Positions 30,162 to 40,927 of a stretch of 64,000 nt of DNA are shown here, piece after piece; positions within the stretch are counted from its first letter, which is position 1; every line of letters starts with the position of its first letter. A model generated the notes under the pieces. That model searched no databases and had not been told where the DNA came from. It saw only the letters and a list, made by a program, of their open reading frames with translations. Origin of the DNA: a bacterium. GTDB taxonomy: Bacteria; Acidobacteriota; Blastocatellia; HR10. The stretch covers positions 146,909 to 210,908 of the forward strand of contig JBEPZV010000002.1 in NCBI GenBank assembly GCA_041640655.1, given 5' to 3'. A program made the translations under genes and the position numbers.

Positions 30162-30884
30162 ATGAGGCGGCCGCTGATCGCCATCTCGATGCGAAGCCAT
30201 CCGAGGCGGGCGCATTTTTACCTGGAGCGCTCATATGCGGAGGCGGTGCGCGCAGCCGGCGGTGTTCCGATCCTCGTCCCCGTGCTGCCGGACCGCGCCC
30301 TCCTCTTCAATCTGGTGGAGCGATGTGACGGGGTGCTCCTCAGCGGGAGTCATAACGACGTGGATCCCCGCCGCTATGGGCATCCTCCGCACGCGCGTTT
30401 GAGGTCGGTGCTGCCGGAGCGTGACCAGACCGATTGGTTGCTTCTTGAGGCTGCGGAAGTCTATCGCCGACCTGTACTCGCCATCTGTTACGGGATGCAC
30501 GTGCTCAACGTCTTTCGGGGCGGCACGCTCTATCAGGATATCGCCTCGGAGCGAGAGAGGGCCGTGCGGCATGAACCGGACACGCCCGGGGAGCATCCCA
30601 CCCATCGTATCCGGATCGCGGCGGGGACGCTTCTCGCCCATCTGGCCGGCGGGACGACAGCCGACGTCAACAGCTTCCACCATCAGGCTGTGAGAGACGT
30701 GGGGCGCGATCTGAAGCCGATCGCGTGGAGCGAGGACGGGATCATCGAGGCCGTGCTCGACGCGCGACCTGATGTGTTCATCCTCGGCGTCCAATGGCAC
30801 CCGGAGCTGACGTTCGCCTCGGACGCCTTCTCACGGGCGATCTTCGCGCACTTCCTGCATGAGGCGGCCAGACGAGCATCATGA
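30162..30884 (+). CDS. Gamma-glutamyl-gamma-aminobutyrate hydrolase family (peptidase C26)
   Basis: AICYGM nucleophile elbow, VNSFHHQAV, GVQWHPE. Confidence 0.9.
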   Translation: MRRPLIAISMRSHPRRAHFYLERSYAEAVRAAGGVPILVPVLPDRALLFNLVERCDGVLLSGSHNDVDPRRYGHPPHARLRSVLPERDQTDWLLLEAAEVYRRPVLAICYGMHVLNVFRGGTLYQDIASERERAVRHEPDTPGEHPTHRIRIAAGTLLAHLAGGTTADVNSFHHQAVRDVGRDLKPIAWSEDGIIEAVLDARPDVFILGVQWHPELTFASDAFSRAIFAHFLHEAARRAS

Positions 30885-30897
30885 CGCGGAGGCACAC

Positions 30898-32097
30898 ATG
30901 TCGCGAGAAGGACGGCGAGCGCTCCTGGTTCTCGGATTCGGCCATTTCGTGAACGACTTGCATACGAGCACGCTCTATCCGCTGCTGCCGCTGATCGCGC
31001 GGAAGTTGCATCTGAGCGAAGCGGAGGTCTTCTGGCTCGCGCCGCTCTTGAATTTCACCTCCTCGCTCATGCAGCCCGTGTATGGATTTCTCGCTGATCG
31101 GTACTCGCGCCGCGCGTTCGCCATCGCGGGGCCGGCGATCGCCGGATCGTTCCTCTCGCTCATCGGCACAGCGACGTCCTATGGGATGCTCTTGCTCTTC
31201 CTCGTCTTGGGGGGGATCGGCAACGGGGCGTTCCATCCGCAGGGCGCGGCTCTGGCCGCTCGAACCCATGAGCATCGGCGCCGGCTCGCGCTCTCGACGT
31301 TCTCGTCCTCGGGGACGCTCGGTTTCGCCCTCGGTCCTCTGATTATCACGGCGATCGTAGCGGCCACGGACCTGACGCGAACCTATTTGCTGATGCCGCT
31401 CGGATGGCTGGCGGCTCTCTTTCTTTATCGCTATGCCCCCCGCGACGATTGGCGCGAACAGCCCTCGAACAGGTCGCGCGCCCTCGCCGAATTGGCGGGG
31501 ACGCTGCGTCGCGTCTGGCGCCCGATGCTCTCCCTCTACGTCATCACCGTCTCCCGCTCGGCCATGTATGTGATGACCAACAGCTACATGCCCTTCATTC
31601 TGACCCAGCGGGGATATGGCTTGCGCGAGACGGGTGGGCTTTTGACGGCATATCTGCTGGCCGGGGCCTGCGGGAGCTTTCTCGGAGGAGCCTTCGCCGA
31701 ACGCTTCGGCGGCCGATGGCTCACGTTCGGGACAGGCGTGCTCATCCCGCTCTTGTTCGCCATGGCGGCGCTCGGACGCGGTCCGCTGAGCGTGGCCGCC
31801 CTCATCGCCGGAGGGTTCACCCTTATGTCCGTCTTCCCCGTGAACGTCGCCACGGCTCAGGAGCTGGCTCCACGGGAGACCTCGACCGTCTCCGCGCTGA
31901 TGATGGGATTCGCGTGGGGAGTCGGCTCGATGGCTCCGGCACTCTGTGAACCCCTCACCCGAACGTTCGGATTTGAGGGCGTGCTCGCCGTGATGGCGAC
32001 TTTTCCCTTCGCGACGTCTCTCCTCGCCCTCTGGATCCCCGAGGATCGCGCTCTCGCCCTCTCCTCCCGCGCGACCTCCCCACATCCGGCCCGATGA
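30898..32097 (+). CDS. MFS transporter (Fsr-like)
   Basis: GHFVND, QPVYGFLADR, FHPQG; about 12 TM segments. Confidence 0.88.
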   Translation: MSREGRRALLVLGFGHFVNDLHTSTLYPLLPLIARKLHLSEAEVFWLAPLLNFTSSLMQPVYGFLADRYSRRAFAIAGPAIAGSFLSLIGTATSYGMLLLFLVLGGIGNGAFHPQGAALAARTHEHRRRLALSTFSSSGTLGFALGPLIITAIVAATDLTRTYLLMPLGWLAALFLYRYAPRDDWREQPSNRSRALAELAGTLRRVWRPMLSLYVITVSRSAMYVMTNSYMPFILTQRGYGLRETGGLLTAYLLAGACGSFLGGAFAERFGGRWLTFGTGVLIPLLFAMAALGRGPLSVAALIAGGFTLMSVFPVNVATAQELAPRETSTVSALMMGFAWGVGSMAPALCEPLTRTFGFEGVLAVMATFPFATSLLALWIPEDRALALSSRATSPHPAR

Positions 32098-32100
32098 GGC

Positions 32101-33645
32101 TCACATCCAATACGCGCGATCAAGACTGCGATACTGAATCGCCTCGGAGATGTGATGCGGTCGAATGACGTCACTCTCTTCGAGATCGGCGATCGTGCGG
32201 CTCACCTTCAGGATGCGATCGTAGGCGCGAGCAGATAGCCCCAACCGCGAGACGGCGTGTTCCAGGAGGCGCTCGGCCGATTCGTCCAGCCGACAGTATG
32301 TGCGGATCAACCGGGGCGTCATCTGCGCATTGCAGTAAATCCCATCGGCCACATAACGGCGCACCTGCCGCTCGCGAGCACGAACCACGCGCTCTCGAAC
32401 GGTCTGAGAGGTTTCACCCGCGGCACTATCGGCGAGCTCTCGAAATCGCACCGCCGGGACCTCGATGTGAATGTCTATGCGGTCCAGAAGCGGCCCGGAG
32501 ATCTTCGAGACGTAACGCTGGATCATGGCCGGCGTGCACGTGCACTGTCGCACGCGCGATCCCCAATACCCGCACGGGCAGGGATTCATCGCCGCCACCA
32601 GCATGAACCGCGCGGGGAACGTCAAGGACATCGCCGCGCGGGAGATCGTCACGCGCCCGTCCTCCAGCGGCTGCCGCAAGACTTCGAGCACATTTCGATC
32701 GAACTCCGGCAGCTCATCCAAGAAGAGGACGCCATGATGGGCGAGGCTGACCTCCCCCGGTCGGGGAATAGCACCGCCGCCGATAAGCCCCGCATCACTG
32801 ATCGTGTGATGCGGGGCGCGAAACGGTCGGGTCACCACAAGACCGCGCTCTTCGGTCAATCCCGCGACACTGTGAATCTTGGTGACCTCGATGGCCTCCT
32901 CGAAGGTGAGCGGCGGCAGGATCGTCGGGATCCGCTTGGCGAGCATCGTCTTGCCGCTTCCCGGCGGACCGATCATCAAGATGTTGTGCCCCCCAGCGCA
33001 CGCGACCTCGATGGCCCGCTTGGCCGCCAGTTGCCCCTTCACCTCGCTGAAATCAACAGGATACCGGTTGATCTCCCTCAAGAACTCGCCGGGAGAGATC
33101 TTCAGGGGAGCGGTCGAGATCTGCCCGATGAGCATCCGAACGAGGTCCGGGAGCGTCCGCACCGGGTACACGTCAATCCCCTCGACGACGGCCGCCTCGC
33201 GCGCATTCTCCTCCGGCACGAACAGGCGTCGAATACGGCGCGCTCGCGCGGCCACGGCGATGGGCAAGGCGCCGCGAATCGGTCGGAGGCGACCATCCAG
33301 GGAGAGCTCTCCCACAAAGAGCGCATCCTCGAGGCTCACCCCCTCCAGATATCCGTTCGCGCCGAGAATGCCTACGGCGATCGGCAGATCAAAGCTCGAC
33401 CCCTCTTTCTTGATGTCCGCCGGAGCGAGATTCACCGTGACGCGATGAATGGGGAAGAAGAACCCACAATTTTGAATCGCCGCGCGAATGCGCTCGCGAC
33501 TCTCCCGAACGGCGGCATCCGGCAAACCCACCATGATGAAGGCCGATCCGGCTTGATCCCCCGCCCGAGGAGAGAGATCCACCTCGACCTCCACCAGATA
33601 GGCATCAATGCCGAGCGTCGCCGCGCTCACGACCTTGAAGAGCAC
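32101..33645 (-). CDS. comM: YifB/ComM-family Mg-chelatase-like AAA+ ATPase
   Basis: [53 protein letters not shown] start at 33645 with GGAGG upstream. Confidence 0.93.
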   Translation of the reverse strand: MLFKVVSAATLGIDAYLVEVEVDLSPRAGDQAGSAFIMVGLPDAAVRESRERIRAAIQNCGFFFPIHRVTVNLAPADIKKEGSSFDLPIAVGILGANGYLEGVSLEDALFVGELSLDGRLRPIRGALPIAVAARARRIRRLFVPEENAREAAVVEGIDVYPVRTLPDLVRMLIGQISTAPLKISPGEFLREINRYPVDFSEVKGQLAAKRAIEVACAGGHNILMIGPPGSGKTMLAKRIPTILPPLTFEEAIEVTKIHSVAGLTEERGLVVTRPFRAPHHTISDAGLIGGGAIPRPGEVSLAHHGVLFLDELPEFDRNVLEVLRQPLEDGRVTISRAAMSLTFPARFMLVAAMNPCPCGYWGSRVRQCTCTPAMIQRYVSKISGPLLDRIDIHIEVPAVRFRELADSAAGETSQTVRERVVRARERQVRRYVADGIYCNAQMTPRLIRTYCRLDESAERLLEHAVSRLGLSARAYDRILKVSRTIADLEESDVIRPHHISEAIQYRSLDRAYWM

Positions 33646-33666
33646 GGGGCATCGCCTCCACCTGGC

Positions 33667-33759
33667 GAGGCCCCCACGGAGGGCCTCAAAAAATAAACAC
33701 AGGACGACTCTCGTCGGGCATCGGATCCCCTCCGGATCACCTCCCGACGAGAGTCGTCC
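33667..33759 (-). terminator. Tandem hairpins between the secreted-protein gene and comM; probable terminator
   Basis: Perfect 17-bp inverted repeat (33702-33718 / 33743-33759) followed on the minus strand by TGTGTTTATTTTTT, then a second hairpin GAGGCCC/GGGCCTC (33667-33687). Confidence 0.65.
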
Positions 33760-33774
33760 CATCAACGAAGATCC

Positions 33775-34149
33775 TCACGGTGTCCGAGCGGCCGCTCGGG
33801 CCACCTGGACGCGGATGGACTTGAGCAAGCACTTGCCGCCGGATTCATCGCAGCGCGTGGTCACGCGATCGCCCGGCTTCACATCACTCAAAGTGATCGT
33901 CTGACGCGCCCTCGTGATCCGAGCGTCCGGGGCGACCTCCAGCGTCATCTCCTTGCCCGTCCGCTGCTTGATCACGATCTGGTTCTTCACCGTGTCGACG
34001 GAGACGACCTCACCGGAATGAGTCTTGAGCGCCGGACGCGCCGCCGCTTTCGGCGCCGGTGCTTGCCCGGTTTTTTGCTCCTGAGCCCACAGGCTGACAA
34101 ATGGGACGATCAGGGAAAGCGCGACGCTGTATGTGATCATTCGCCTCAT
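33775..34149 (-). CDS. Small secreted protein, OB-fold/DUF5666-like
   Basis: Signal peptide, GEVVSVD, LSDVKPGDRV; SD GAGGAGG. Confidence 0.7.
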   Translation of the reverse strand: MRRMITYSVALSLIVPFVSLWAQEQKTGQAPAPKAAARPALKTHSGEVVSVDTVKNQIVIKQRTGKEMTLEVAPDARITRARQTITLSDVKPGDRVTTRCDESGGKCLLKSIRVQVARAAARTP

Positions 34150-34188
34150 GGCTCCATCCCTCCTCGCTGTCGGAATTGAGCGACTGTC

Positions 34189-34218
34189 ATTTTATGGGGT
34201 TAAGGGGCACGACGTCAA
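34189..34218 (-). promoter_or_regulatory. Putative promoter for the small secreted protein
   Basis: TTGACG - 18 nt - TAAAAT. Confidence 0.55.
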
Positions 34219-34299
34219 GAGCGCCGGTTGGGGAAAGCCCCCCTTCGCGTGATCCCGGGGATCACGCCCTCACAGAGGGCAGAGAGGGCGCGCCGAATC

Positions 34300-35508
34300 T
34301 CAGCGTCGCGACGAGGCGGCTCGCTCCGATTCGACTTGAAGCGAATTCAGGAATTCCGCGTTCGTCTTCGTCTTCGCCAGGCGCTCCAGCATGAGCTGCA
34401 TGGCCTCGACCGGCGAGAGCGTGGCCAGAACGCGACGCAGGACGATGATGCGATTCAAATCCTGAGGCGGAATGAGCAATTCCTCCCGCCGCGTCCCCGA
34501 CCGATGGATGTCAATGGCCGGGAAGACGCGCTTGTCCGCCAACGCACGGTCCAGGTGAATCTCCATGTTGCCCGTTCCCTTGAACTCCTCGAAGATGACC
34601 TGGTCCATGCGCGATCCCGTATCAATGAGCGCCGTGGCGATGATGGTGAGACTGCCCGCATCCTCCAGATTGCGCGCGGCGCCGAAGAAGCGCTTCGGCT
34701 TCTCCATGGCGCTGGCATCAATCCCCCCGGTCAGCGTCCGACCGCTCCGCTCCACGATGGAGTTGTGCGCGCGCGCCAAGCGGGTGATGGAATCCAACAG
34801 GATCACCACATCGTTCCCATACTCGACCAGCCGCTTGGCCTTCTCCAGGACGATCTCCGCCACGCGCGCATGCCGCTCCGCTGGCTGATCGAAGGTGGAG
34901 GCGACGATCTCCCCGTGCACCTTGCGCTCCCAATCGGTGACCTCCTCCGGACGCTCGTCAATCAGGAGAACGATCAGCTTCACCTCCGGATGATTGCGGG
35001 TGATCGAATTGGCGATCGTCTGAAGGAGCATCGTCTTCCCCGTGCGCGGCGGAGCCACGATCAGACCGCGCTGCCCCTTCCCGATCGGGGTCAACAGATC
35101 CATCACCCGCGCCGAGAGGTTGTCCGGCGTCGTCTCCAGGCGAAATCGCTCCTCCGGGAACAGCGGGACCAGCGTCTCAAAAGGCGGCGTCTCGCGCCGC
35201 TTGTCCGGAGGTTCCCCATTGATCGTCTCCACCCGCACCAGAGCGAAATACCGCTCATCATCGTGGGGCGGGCGACAGAGCCCACACACGACATCGCCCG
35301 TGCGCATCTTGAACCGACGAATCTGCGATTGCGCGACGTAGATGTCGTCCGGGCTGGGAATGTAGCCATTCTCGGGCGAGAGCAGAAAGCCATGCCCTTC
35401 GGGCAGGACCTCCAACACGCCCTCGATCAGGATGAGATCATTTTTCGTCATAGTCGAATGGGATGAAGTCTCATGTCCGGTCTGGAACTCCTCCATCCGC
35501 TCTCCCAT
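34300..35508 (-). CDS. rho: Transcription termination factor Rho (short N-terminus)
   Basis: [65 protein letters not shown]. Confidence 0.95.
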   Translation of the reverse strand: MGERMEEFQTGHETSSHSTMTKNDLILIEGVLEVLPEGHGFLLSPENGYIPSPDDIYVAQSQIRRFKMRTGDVVCGLCRPPHDDERYFALVRVETINGEPPDKRRETPPFETLVPLFPEERFRLETTPDNLSARVMDLLTPIGKGQRGLIVAPPRTGKTMLLQTIANSITRNHPEVKLIVLLIDERPEEVTDWERKVHGEIVASTFDQPAERHARVAEIVLEKAKRLVEYGNDVVILLDSITRLARAHNSIVERSGRTLTGGIDASAMEKPKRFFGAARNLEDAGSLTIIATALIDTGSRMDQVIFEEFKGTGNMEIHLDRALADKRVFPAIDIHRSGTRREELLIPPQDLNRIIVLRRVLATLSPVEAMQLMLERLAKTKTNAEFLNSLQVESERAASSRR

Positions 35509-35513
35509 AGCCC

Positions 35514-37256
35514 TCAACCCAGGAAGGACTTGAGCTTGGAACTGATCGCCGGATGTCGCAGTTTCGCCAAGGCCCGAGCCTCGATCTGACGGACGCGCTC
35601 GCGCGTGACGCCCAAATGCTTGCCGATCTCCTCCAGCGTGTATTCCTCTCCCTGCGGATTGAGGCCGAACCGCATGCGGATGATCGTCTGCTCGCGTGGC
35701 GTGAGGACTTTCAGCGATTCCTCCGTCACGCGCTTGAGGTTGTTCTGAATCGCCAGCTCAATGGGATTGTTGGAGCTCTTATCCGGGATGAGATGACCGA
35801 GCCGGACCTCTTCGTTCTCAAACATGGGCGTCTCCAAGGAGACGGGTCCCTGCGCGGCCTCCATCAGTTGTCGCAACTTCTCGGTCGTGATCCCCACCTT
35901 CCGCGCGATCTCGGCCGGCGTCGGCTCCCGTCCCAGCTTCTCGCTCAGCTCCCGCGTCACTTGCCGGACGCGCTCCAACGTATCGGTCACGTGCACGGGG
36001 AGGCGAATCGTCCGCGCCTTGTCCGAGATCGCTCGCCGAATCGCCTGTCGAATCCACCACACGGCATACGTCGAGAACTTGTACCCCCGCCGATAGTCGA
36101 ACTTCTCGACCGCCTTCATGAGCCCGATGTTCCCCTCCTGAATGAGATCGAGCAACGGCAGCCCCAAATGCGCGTATCGCTTGGCGAAGGCGATCACCAA
36201 ACGCAAGTTCGCTTCCGTCAACTCGCGCTTCGCCTGCTCCGACTGCTGCTCGCCGCGCGTGATCCGCTCCAACGTTCGAGCCGGGTCTTGAAGCGCTACC
36301 CCGTACTGCTCCTCCAACTCCCGCACCCGCCGTCGGGCCGCACGCAGGCGCGCGCGCGTCTCAGCCGACTTCCGCCGGCTCCGCCCGGCGGTGGCCTCGG
36401 CTTGCGCTAACTCCTCGCGAGCCCGCCGCAGCTCCTCGACCGCCTGCCGAATCTTCGCGATGAGTTTCTCGCGAACCGAGGGCGTCAGGTCCAATTCCCG
36501 AATCTTGCGCGAGAGCTGAACCCGCGTCTTCTGAAATTGGCGCAGCAGCCGACGCCGACGCGCCCCATCCTTACGCAGCGTCCGCAGCCGCTCCGCTTGC
36601 GCGCGACAGCGCCGATAGAGCTTCTTCACCTCGTCCAGAATGTGCAACACCTGCGCCCTCAACTGACGCGCCCGCTCCTCGGACGAGGCCTCAGTTTCCG
36701 TATCCACGAACTCCTCCAGCTCGATCTCCCCCTTCCGAAGCCGCTCGCCCAGCGCCAGAAGCTCCATGACGGCGATCGGCGAACGAGAGAGGGCCTTCCG
36801 CACCATGCGCTGCCCGCGCTCAATGCGCTTGGCCAGCATGACCTCCCCTTCCTGCGTCAATAGGGGCGTCGAGGCGATCTCCCGAAAATACGTCCGAATC
36901 GCATCAACCGCCTCAACCTCCTCGATCTCTCCCTCTCCCGCGATCTCCTCCTCCAACGCCTCGCCCTCAGAGAGGCCCTCCAATCCCTCCTCAAACTCCT
37001 CCTCGGGATAGGCGAAATCCAAGAGGTCCTCACGGGAGAAGCCCTCCTCCAGAGAGGACGGGTCTTCCTCCATCAGGAGCTCGTCATCAATGGATTCCAG
37101 TAAGGTCTCCATACGCGTTCTCGTCTTCCTCAGAGTCTGCCCCACGCTTACTGGATGTCGGGTCGTCTTCGCACGTTGCTCTTCCGACGAAGCGACCGAA
37201 GTCTGGTCCCGCACAGAAGGCTCCACTTCCTCCCCGGCGGCACGTCTTGCCCCCAC
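35514..37256 (-). CDS. RpoD-like sigma-70 factor, divergent (start uncertain)
   Basis: [63 protein letters not shown]; acidic N-terminus. Confidence 0.92.
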   Translation of the reverse strand: MGARRAAGEEVEPSVRDQTSVASSEEQRAKTTRHPVSVGQTLRKTRTRMETLLESIDDELLMEEDPSSLEEGFSREDLLDFAYPEEEFEEGLEGLSEGEALEEEIAGEGEIEEVEAVDAIRTYFREIASTPLLTQEGEVMLAKRIERGQRMVRKALSRSPIAVMELLALGERLRKGEIELEEFVDTETEASSEERARQLRAQVLHILDEVKKLYRRCRAQAERLRTLRKDGARRRRLLRQFQKTRVQLSRKIRELDLTPSVREKLIAKIRQAVEELRRAREELAQAEATAGRSRRKSAETRARLRAARRRVRELEEQYGVALQDPARTLERITRGEQQSEQAKRELTEANLRLVIAFAKRYAHLGLPLLDLIQEGNIGLMKAVEKFDYRRGYKFSTYAVWWIRQAIRRAISDKARTIRLPVHVTDTLERVRQVTRELSEKLGREPTPAEIARKVGITTEKLRQLMEAAQGPVSLETPMFENEEVRLGHLIPDKSSNNPIELAIQNNLKRVTEESLKVLTPREQTIIRMRFGLNPQGEEYTLEEIGKHLGVTRERVRQIEARALAKLRHPAISSKLKSFLG

Positions 37257-37317
37257 ACGCGCTCTCCGACAGCCCGCCGGGTGCCTAAGATTCCCACCCT
37301 CTCTACAGAACCATCTG

Positions 37318-37347
37318 AGTATATGGAGAAGAGGTCCCTTTTGTCAA
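37318..37347 (-). promoter_or_regulatory. Promoter for the sigma-rho genes
   Basis: TTGACA - 18 nt - TATACT. Confidence 0.65.
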
Positions 37348-37351
37348 GCAC

Positions 37352-37390
37352 GAAAAACAAAAATCCCCCTCCCCGCTCAGGAGGGGGATG
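37352..37390 (-). terminator. Rho-independent terminator after hsp20
   Basis: Minus strand ATCCCCCTCC-tgagcgg-GGAGGGGGAT followed by TTTTGTTTTT. Confidence 0.8.
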
Positions 37391-37397
37391 ACAACCC

Positions 37398-37910
37398 TCA
37401 CTTGGCCGCCGCCTCGGCCGCCCGGGGAGCTTCTAACACCTTCACCTGAACCTTCTTCACCTCTAGCGCCGCCGGAGCTGGCATCACCAACTCCAGGACG
37501 CCATTCCGATAGGTCGCCTCAATCTGGTCCGTATTGACACCCTCAGGCAGCGGGATCACCCGCTCGAAGCTCCCATAGGCGATCTCCCGACGGATGAAGT
37601 TGGCCTCCTCGACTTTCCGATCAAAGGTCTTACGACCGCGAATCGCGAGCTGGTTGCCCGTGACACTGATGTCCAGGTCCTTCGGATCCACACCCGGCAC
37701 CTCCACCCGCAGATGCAGCTTCCCCTGATCCACGAACGCTTCGACCGGAATCCACGAGCTGGACAGCCGAGGAAGCCCCTCCTCCTCGGACCGAGGCGCG
37801 AACCACTCTTCAAGATCCCGGGTCAGATCATAGAAGACCCGGCGAAACATATTGTCAATGTCCCGATAGAGATTGAAGAACTCATCAAACGGCCGCCATC
37901 TCGCCAGCAT
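37398..37910 (-). CDS. Hsp20/alpha-crystallin small heat-shock protein
   Basis: EVPGVDPKDLDI, RREIAYGSFERVIPLP, ATYRNGVLE; SD GGGAGGTG. Confidence 0.93.
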   Translation of the reverse strand: MLARWRPFDEFFNLYRDIDNMFRRVFYDLTRDLEEWFAPRSEEEGLPRLSSSWIPVEAFVDQGKLHLRVEVPGVDPKDLDISVTGNQLAIRGRKTFDRKVEEANFIRREIAYGSFERVIPLPEGVNTDQIEATYRNGVLELVMPAPAALEVKKVQVKVLEAPRAAEAAAK

Positions 37911-37961
37911 AGCCCTCACCTCCCAAAAGTTTCGTTTCGTTTGCTCAACTTTCCTGACACT

Positions 37962-37990
37962 AATATAGTGAGATTTTCTGACTTTGTCAA
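37962..37990 (-). promoter_or_regulatory. Promoter for hsp20
   Basis: TTGACA - 17 nt - TATATT in an AT-rich patch. Confidence 0.65.
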
Positions 37991-38040
37991 GAGCATATAT
38001 TGATCTCGCCCCACCTTCTCCGGGCTTCGTTAAGCCCAAG

Positions 38041-39699
38041 CTATTTCAGCACTTTGAGCCTCACAATGCAGTATTCGCCATCTGACCCGACCAGCTCAAC
38101 GTCGAACTCAGGGGAGCTGCGAAGCTCGCGCACGTGGCGCTGTTGGGTTACAACGAGCACGGAGCCGAGATCGCGCGCGATTTCCCATAACTCTCTCTGG
38201 GAGAAGATGATGCGGACCCTCCCGTGCTCATCATAGATCGAGCGCGCATTGGTGTAAAAGGTCAACGTATGGTGGAACCAACCGTATCCGACGAGTCTCT
38301 CCCCGGGCTGGAAATTTCTCAGAGCGATCTCGGCCACGGTTCGATAGGACTCTTTCCTCTCAATCGCGGGCTGGAAGATCGTGAGCAATATGGGCACACC
38401 GGCGACGCACATCGAGAGGATGAGGAGAATGAGGGCCCTCTGTCGAGCGGCGAGCGCCAGTCCGATTCCGACCAAAGCTCCTCCTCTGATTCCCCACAGC
38501 AGGAGGGGCTTCATGGAGTTGACGTCCCCGAGCTCTCGTCGGGCATAAAGAAGCGCCGCCTCAGCAATGGCGAAGAAGAAGATCGGGAGTGAAATCGCCT
38601 GCAGCTTCATTGCGCGAGCCGGAGGCGCCCCCCATATGCGGAGCAGTTCGGCAGCGGCCAAGAGCGCTGCAGCCGGGATGACGGGCAACAGATAGCCCGG
38701 GAGCTTGGACTGAGAGAAAGAGAAGAAGAGGAAGGGCCAGGCGATCCACAGGGCCGCGAACACCCTGAGGCGTGCAAGGGGGTGGTTCTCGGAATCCCCG
38801 CTCGAGGCGATTCCGCGTCGCTCTCCGAGAAGCCGCGCGAGGGCCAGAAGGAGCAGAGGCGTCCACGGGAACATGCCGACGAGCAGAACGGGGAGATAGT
38901 AGTAAACAGGGCCGGGATGTTGGAATCGGTCGGTCGTGTAACGCTGGATGTGGTGCTCGATGAAGAACTCATTGATGAATCGCCATCCGTGTCGCGCGAG
39001 CATGGGACCATACCAGCTGGCACACGCCAGCAGGAATGCGAGGCTGCTCCAGGCGAGCTCTTTCCCCCGCGGGAATAGCCTCAGCGACCGGCGAAGGAAG
39101 AACGAGCTTCCCATGATCAGGATTGGGAAGAGCACCCCGATGAGCCCCTTCGCGAGGACAGCGAGGCCGAGGCAGAAGCCGGCCGCGATGAAAAGCCGGG
39201 ATCGTCTTCGGGGCGCAGTCGCCTCCGAGGCGAGGAAGAGGAGGCAAAGGCCGGCTGTGAGTGTGGCCGAGAACGGCATATCGGTCGTCGCGCCGCGCGC
39301 GAAGCCGAAGGCCATTGGAGTCACAATAAAACAGCACGCGGCGAAGAATCCGTAGAGGGGAGAGTGAGCCCGCCGTCCTACGCCGTAGAGGACAAAGGCC
39401 ACGGCTGTCGCCAGCAGCGCCGAGGGCAATCGAGCGGCGAGCTCACTGACGCCCAGGGCCCGCATGCTGAGGGCCATCAGCCAGTAGGTGAGGGCGGGTT
39501 TCTCCAGCCAGGGCTGTCCGCCGATTGTCGGGGTGATGGGATCTCGGCGGGCCAGCATCTCTCGAGCGACCTGGGCATAGCGCGGTTCATCGGGGCCGAT
39601 GAGGGCCATCGCGCCCAGGCGGTAAAAGAAGAAGAGTCCGCACAGTCCCGCCAGCAGGAGCGGCCATAGCGTCTCCCTCTGCAGCCGGCGTGCGAGCAC
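38041..39699 (-). CDS. ArnT/PMT-family (GT83) membrane glycosyltransferase (start approximate)
   Basis: DEPRYAQVAREM, WLEKPAL, ARLPSAL, LAKG, SKLPGYLLP; multi-TM. The N-terminal 376 codons of the listed ORF are antisense to the neighbouring gene. Confidence 0.88.
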   Translation of the reverse strand: MLARRLQRETLWPLLLAGLCGLFFFYRLGAMALIGPDEPRYAQVAREMLARRDPITPTIGGQPWLEKPALTYWLMALSMRALGVSELAARLPSALLATAVAFVLYGVGRRAHSPLYGFFAACCFIVTPMAFGFARGATTDMPFSATLTAGLCLLFLASEATAPRRRSRLFIAAGFCLGLAVLAKGLIGVLFPILIMGSSFFLRRSLRLFPRGKELAWSSLAFLLACASWYGPMLARHGWRFINEFFIEHHIQRYTTDRFQHPGPVYYYLPVLLVGMFPWTPLLLLALARLLGERRGIASSGDSENHPLARLRVFAALWIAWPFLFFSFSQSKLPGYLLPVIPAAALLAAAELLRIWGAPPARAMKLQAISLPIFFFAIAEAALLYARRELGDVNSMKPLLLWGIRGGALVGIGLALAARQRALILLILSMCVAGVPILLTIFQPAIERKESYRTVAEIALRNFQPGERLVGYGWFHHTLTFYTNARSIYDEHGRVRIIFSQRELWEIARDLGSVLVVTQQRHVRELRSSPEFDVELVGSDGEYCIVRLKVLK

Positions 39700-39828
39700 C
39701 GAACGAAGATTATGGGGGGTCCTTATTGGGCGGGCAAGCTCGATGCGGCATGCGGGTGACGGAGCGCGGTGCTTACAGCGGCGCATGGCTTGCCCTTCCG
39801 CATCGGGCTTCATTACACTTGACACGCG

Positions 39829-40782
39829 ATGACGCGCGTGGCAGTCATCGGCGCGGGGCGAATTGGGAAAGAGCACGTGCGGATCTACACCTCGCTCCCG
39901 GAGGCTACGCTCGTTGGCGTGTGCGACACGGATCGGACGCGAGGCGAGCAGATCGCCGCGCAATACGCCGTTCGGTATTACGCCGATTATCATGAGCTTC
40001 TCGGCCGGGTGGATGCGGTGAGCATTGCCGTCCCGACCGAGAGCCACTGCGAGATCGCCTGCGAATTCCTGAAACATGGCGTGGCGGTCCTCGTGGAGAA
40101 GCCGATGGCGCGCACATTGGATGAGGCTGAGCGCATGATCTGGTGGGCGCGGCAGACGGGAGCGCTCCTGCAGGTCGGGCATCTGGAACGCTTCAACCCG
40201 GCCGTGCGAGCGCTGACAGCGCTCATCGTCGAACCCAAGTTCTTCGAGGTCCATCGCCTGGGCGAGTTCACCGAGCGCAGTTTGGACATTGACGTCGTCC
40301 TCGACCTGATGATTCACGATTTGGATATTTTGCTCTCTCTGGTCCAGGCCGACATTCAGGCGATTTACGCTGTGGGTGTCCCCATCCTGACCGATCGCGT
40401 GGACATCGCCAATGCGCGGCTGGAGTTCGCTAATGGCTGCGTCGCCAACGTGACGGCGAGCCGCATCTCGCGGGAGAAGGTGCGAAAGCTCCGGGTTTTT
40501 CAACCGAACGCGTATCTCTCCCTGGACTACACCCGCCAGGAGCTGGAGGTCTATCGCCTCGTGACCCCCTCCGATCTCGGCCAGCGCCCGCGCATCGTCG
40601 CCGAGCGCGTTCCGGTGGCGAAAGACGAGCCGCTGCGCGCGCAGCTTCAGTCTTTTCTGAGGTGCGTGCGCGAAGGAACGCCTCCTCTTGTGAGCGGCGA
40701 GGATGGGCGCAAGGCGCTGGCGTTGGCGTTGCGCATTCTCGCGGCGATCGAAGACCACGGGCATCGCGTGAGGATCGGTTGA
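39829..40782 (+). CDS. Gfo/Idh/MocA-family oxidoreductase
   Basis: VIGAGRIG, VLVEKPMA, VGHLERFNPA, DLMIHDLD. Confidence 0.92.
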   Translation: MTRVAVIGAGRIGKEHVRIYTSLPEATLVGVCDTDRTRGEQIAAQYAVRYYADYHELLGRVDAVSIAVPTESHCEIACEFLKHGVAVLVEKPMARTLDEAERMIWWARQTGALLQVGHLERFNPAVRALTALIVEPKFFEVHRLGEFTERSLDIDVVLDLMIHDLDILLSLVQADIQAIYAVGVPILTDRVDIANARLEFANGCVANVTASRISREKVRKLRVFQPNAYLSLDYTRQELEVYRLVTPSDLGQRPRIVAERVPVAKDEPLRAQLQSFLRCVREGTPPLVSGEDGRKALALALRILAAIEDHGHRVRIG

Positions 40783-40927
40783 TTCGGCGGCCAGCTCCGG
40801 GCTATCATTGTGAGTGTTTCGGGTCACGAGGCAGCGTTCAGTGAGAAGAAGCCGTCGGCGAAATTGCGCCGCGCGCGTCGTGCGAGGTTGCTCCGCGCAC
40901 GCTCGGCTGGGATGAAAGGATGGGCAG

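Noticed and set aside
39700..40827. N-terminal extension making the ArnT-like ORF 928 aa (apparent fusion)
   Set aside because: It is the antisense of the Gfo/Idh/MocA gene; recognisable ArnT sequence begins near 39699.
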